DNA of 64,000 nucleotides from Gammaproteobacteria bacterium 39-13 (GTDB lineage Bacteria; Pseudomonadota; Gammaproteobacteria; Berkiellales; Berkiellaceae): NCBI GenBank assembly GCA_001898235.1, contig MKTN01000027.1, positions 18,035 to 82,034 of the forward strand, read 5' to 3'. Shown piece by piece: positions 61,867 to 64,000 of this stretch (position 1 is its first letter; each line of letters starts with the position of its first letter). The notes under the pieces were generated by a model. It saw only the letters and a program-made list of their open reading frames with translations, ran no database searches and was not told where the DNA came from. The position numbers and the translations under genes were made by a program.

Positions 61867-62249
61867 CTTAAGCTCTCCTTCTAGGGTTATAGCGTACCGC
61901 ACTGTGCGGTACTTCTTTGCTGCGGTTACATTACTGCTTCCGCCTTCGCTACTAACCGCATAATTTTTGCGATTATGCGATATGCTACGGCGAGACAGAT
62001 TGTCCGCCTGCGCAGGAATTTAAGCTTATCGCACCTGCGGTCTTTGACATCCACTGCAACCGCCCTCACCCTGAATGAGATTTACCAGAGATGAGAAACT
62101 GCTACAGCAGCTATACTCTTACCATTTTATTTAAAATGGCTTGAGTATTATTCAGAATTCGTGTTGTTTCTCTTACAAAAAAAACGACACGAAGGATAAG
62201 AAGAAATATCACTTATCCTAACCCTCTCCCCAAAGGGGAGAGAAAAGAA
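61867..62249 (-). promoter_or_regulatory. long rplJ leader (probable L10 autoregulatory leader plus rplA-distal hairpins)
   Basis: A 383-nt untranslated spacer, comparable to the long enterobacterial rplJ leader. Hairpins: CTCTCCCC-AAA-GGGGAGAG (62224-62242) and GGATAAG...CTTATCC (62194-62218). Confidence 0.4.
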
Positions 62250-62957
62250 TTATATATTCAATGTACCTTGATCGATGACTAAGCCAGGACCCATCGTAGT
62301 AGACAAGGTAATCTTTCTTAAGTACACACCTTTAGAGGTACTAGGTTTAGCACGACGTAAATCCATGATGAGTCTTTCAAGGTTTTCACGTAGCGCTTTA
62401 ACATCAAAGCTTGCCTTACCAATGGTACAGTGAACGATACCACCCTTATCGCTACGATAAGAAACCTGTCCTGCTTTAGCATTTTTCACCGCTTTTGCTA
62501 CATCAGGTGTTACGGTACCTACTTTGGGATTTGGCATCAAACCACGAGGTCCTAAGATTCGACCTAATTGACCCACTAGGCGCATTGCATCAGGTGTTGC
62601 AATCAATACATCAAAATCTAGTTTCCCTGATTCAGCCTTTTGTTTAATTTCTTCAGCCAAATCATCAAAACCAACATATTCTGCGCCCGCATCTTTAGCT
62701 GCTTGAGCATTAGCGCCTTGAGCGAATACAGCTACACGAACATCTTTACCTGTACCATGAGGCAATAAAGTTGCACCACGTACGACTTGATCAGATTTAC
62801 GTGCATCGACGCCCAATAAAACAGCAACATCCACACTTTCAACAAATTTAACGCTGGATACTTGCTTTAATAATGACAATGCAGCGTCTGCATTATATTG
62901 CTCAGTAGGAGACACTTTCTCGCGAATTGCTTTCATGCGTTTTGAAATTCTTGCCAT
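62250..62957 (-). CDS. rplA: 50S ribosomal protein L1
   Basis: 235 aa, conserved L1 sequence. Confidence 0.96.
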   Translation of the reverse strand: MARISKRMKAIREKVSPTEQYNADAALSLLKQVSSVKFVESVDVAVLLGVDARKSDQVVRGATLLPHGTGKDVRVAVFAQGANAQAAKDAGAEYVGFDDLAEEIKQKAESGKLDFDVLIATPDAMRLVGQLGRILGPRGLMPNPKVGTVTPDVAKAVKNAKAGQVSYRSDKGGIVHCTIGKASFDVKALRENLERLIMDLRRAKPSTSKGVYLRKITLSTTMGPGLVIDQGTLNI

Positions 62958-62963
62958 GACCGT

Positions 62964-63395
62964 TTACCCCTGAACCTCAATGCCCATACTACGTGCTGTA
63001 CCTGCGATGGTACGAATTGCTGCTTCCATATCTGCCGCTGTTAAGTCGGGCATTTTGGTCTTTGCAATTTCCATGACTTGGGCACGTGTTACTTTTCCTA
63101 CTTTTTCTGTATTGGGCTTACCGCTTCCGCCTTGAAGACCCGCTGCTTTCAAGAGTAAGTAAGACGCTGGTGGTGTTTTAATAATGAAAGTGAAGCTACG
63201 ATCACTGTAAACAGTGATAATAACGGGCAATGGCATTCCCTTTTCATAGGTACCTTGGGTTTGCGCATTAAAAGATTTACAAAATTCCATAATGTTAACA
63301 CCATGTTGACCCAATGCTGGACCAACTGGTGGGCTAGGATTTGCTTCACCTGCCTTCACTTGGAGTTTAATAAATGCTGTGACTCGTTTTGCCAT
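62964..63395 (-). CDS. rplK: 50S ribosomal protein L11
   Basis: I set the start at [34 protein letters not shown] (ATG 63395). Confidence 0.92.
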   Translation of the reverse strand: MAKRVTAFIKLQVKAGEANPSPPVGPALGQHGVNIMEFCKSFNAQTQGTYEKGMPLPVIITVYSDRSFTFIIKTPPASYLLLKAAGLQGGSGKPNTEKVGKVTRAQVMEIAKTKMPDLTAADMEAAIRTIAGTARSMGIEVQG

Positions 63396-63566
63396 GATAT
63401 ATACCTCTATCGGGTGCAAACGCCTTTTGTTCTTTTCACTTTGCTTTTATGCGTCGCCGTTTTTGTCTTTTTCAATCCTCACGTACCTTTTGTACATGCC
63501 GGTTGTTCGTAACTCAACTTCGCGCCTAAAATCAAATTGCTATGAACTAATGGCTCCCCATTTATA

Positions 63567-64000
63567 TTACGTTTTCTCGACTTGACCGAACTCCAGCTCG
63601 ACCGGAGTTGAACGACCAAAAATTAAGACAGCCACGCGTAGGCGGCTCTTTTCGTAATTGACCTCTTCGACAACTCCATTGAAGTCGGCAAAGGGGCCAC
63701 TGATAACACGAACCACTTCGCCGGGTTCAAATAAGGTCTTAGGTTTGGGTTTCTCAGCACCTTCTTTCACGCGATCAATAATCGCTTGCGCTTCTTTATC
63801 AGAAATAGGTGCAGGTCTGTCGCTTGTACCACCAATAAAGCCTAATACTCTTGGCGTGCGACGAACTAAGTGCCAAGTGGAATCATCTAATTCCATTTGT
63901 ACTAAAACATAGCCAGGGAAGAACTTACGCTCGCTCTTTCGCTTTTGCCCACTACGGATTTCAACTACTTCTTCAGTTGGGACAAGGATTTCCCCAAACT
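63567..64000 (-). CDS. nusG: transcription termination/antitermination factor NusG (5' end outside window)
   Basis: The frame is open to the window edge: [37 protein letters not shown]... The KOW region is [21 protein letters not shown]. Confidence 0.9.
   Translation of the reverse strand, partial: FGEILVPTEEVVEIRSGQKRKSERKFFPGYVLVQMELDDSTWHLVRRTPRVLGFIGGTSDRPAPISDKEAQAIIDRVKEGAEKPKPKTLFEPGEVVRVISGPFADFNGVVEEVNYEKSRLRVAVLIFGRSTPVELEFGQVEKT

Noticed and set aside
1-64000. Scan for CRISPR arrays, IS elements/transposases, integrases, tRNA or rRNA genes, and phage or defence-system genes
   Set aside because: I saw no direct-repeat/spacer arrays, no transposase- or integrase-like ORFs, no cloverleaf-compatible tRNA-like segments in the intergenic regions, and no recognisable restriction, abortive-infection or toxin-antitoxin motifs. 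This absence is judged by eye only.

Overview
This 64-kb window looks like a gammaproteobacterial chromosome of the Legionellales type (Legionella/Coxiella-like). That assignment is by eye, from the ribosomal-protein, SSB and L7/L12 sequences and from the eukaryote-like gene content. It is not verified. The right half (35.0-64.0 kb, all minus strand) is the colinear core cluster nusG-rplKAJL-rpoBC-rpsLG-fusA-S10-spc-alpha. Its oddity is that no tuf gene lies between fusA and rpsJ. The left half (0-35 kb) is an accessory, effector-like region interleaved with a few housekeeping genes (YbaK/AlaX editing factors, qNOR, ssb, uvrA, an MFS transporter). The main signal there is a family of four paralogous ~660-690-aa proteins (4082-6067, 6343-8388, 8654-10729, 17089-19107). 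They share an unrecognised ~105-aa C-terminal module, and three of the four carry Lys/Glu-rich NLS-like tracts. Two of them are each followed directly by an F-box protein (10860-12296, 19224-20465). All four paralogs, plus a 1038-aa signal-peptide-less tandem HtrA-like protease (24588-27704), carry the same fixed-geometry upstream signature: Box1 TGTAGCGAAAAnACCTGA, then an extended -10 TGTTTTAAT 51-54 nt downstream. I read this as a co-regulated, probably host-targeted (possibly nucleus-targeted) effector module with partner F-box proteins. Other items are a double-glycine-leader bacteriocin-like peptide with a 2-TM immunity-like partner, a 64-aa ORF resembling a eukaryotic 4E-BP eIF4E-binding motif, a membrane-anchored eukaryote-like Ser/Thr kinase, a J-domain membrane protein, a choline-kinase-like phosphotransferase, and a frameshifted lipoprotein gene. 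I saw no rRNA, tRNA, CRISPR array or IS element.
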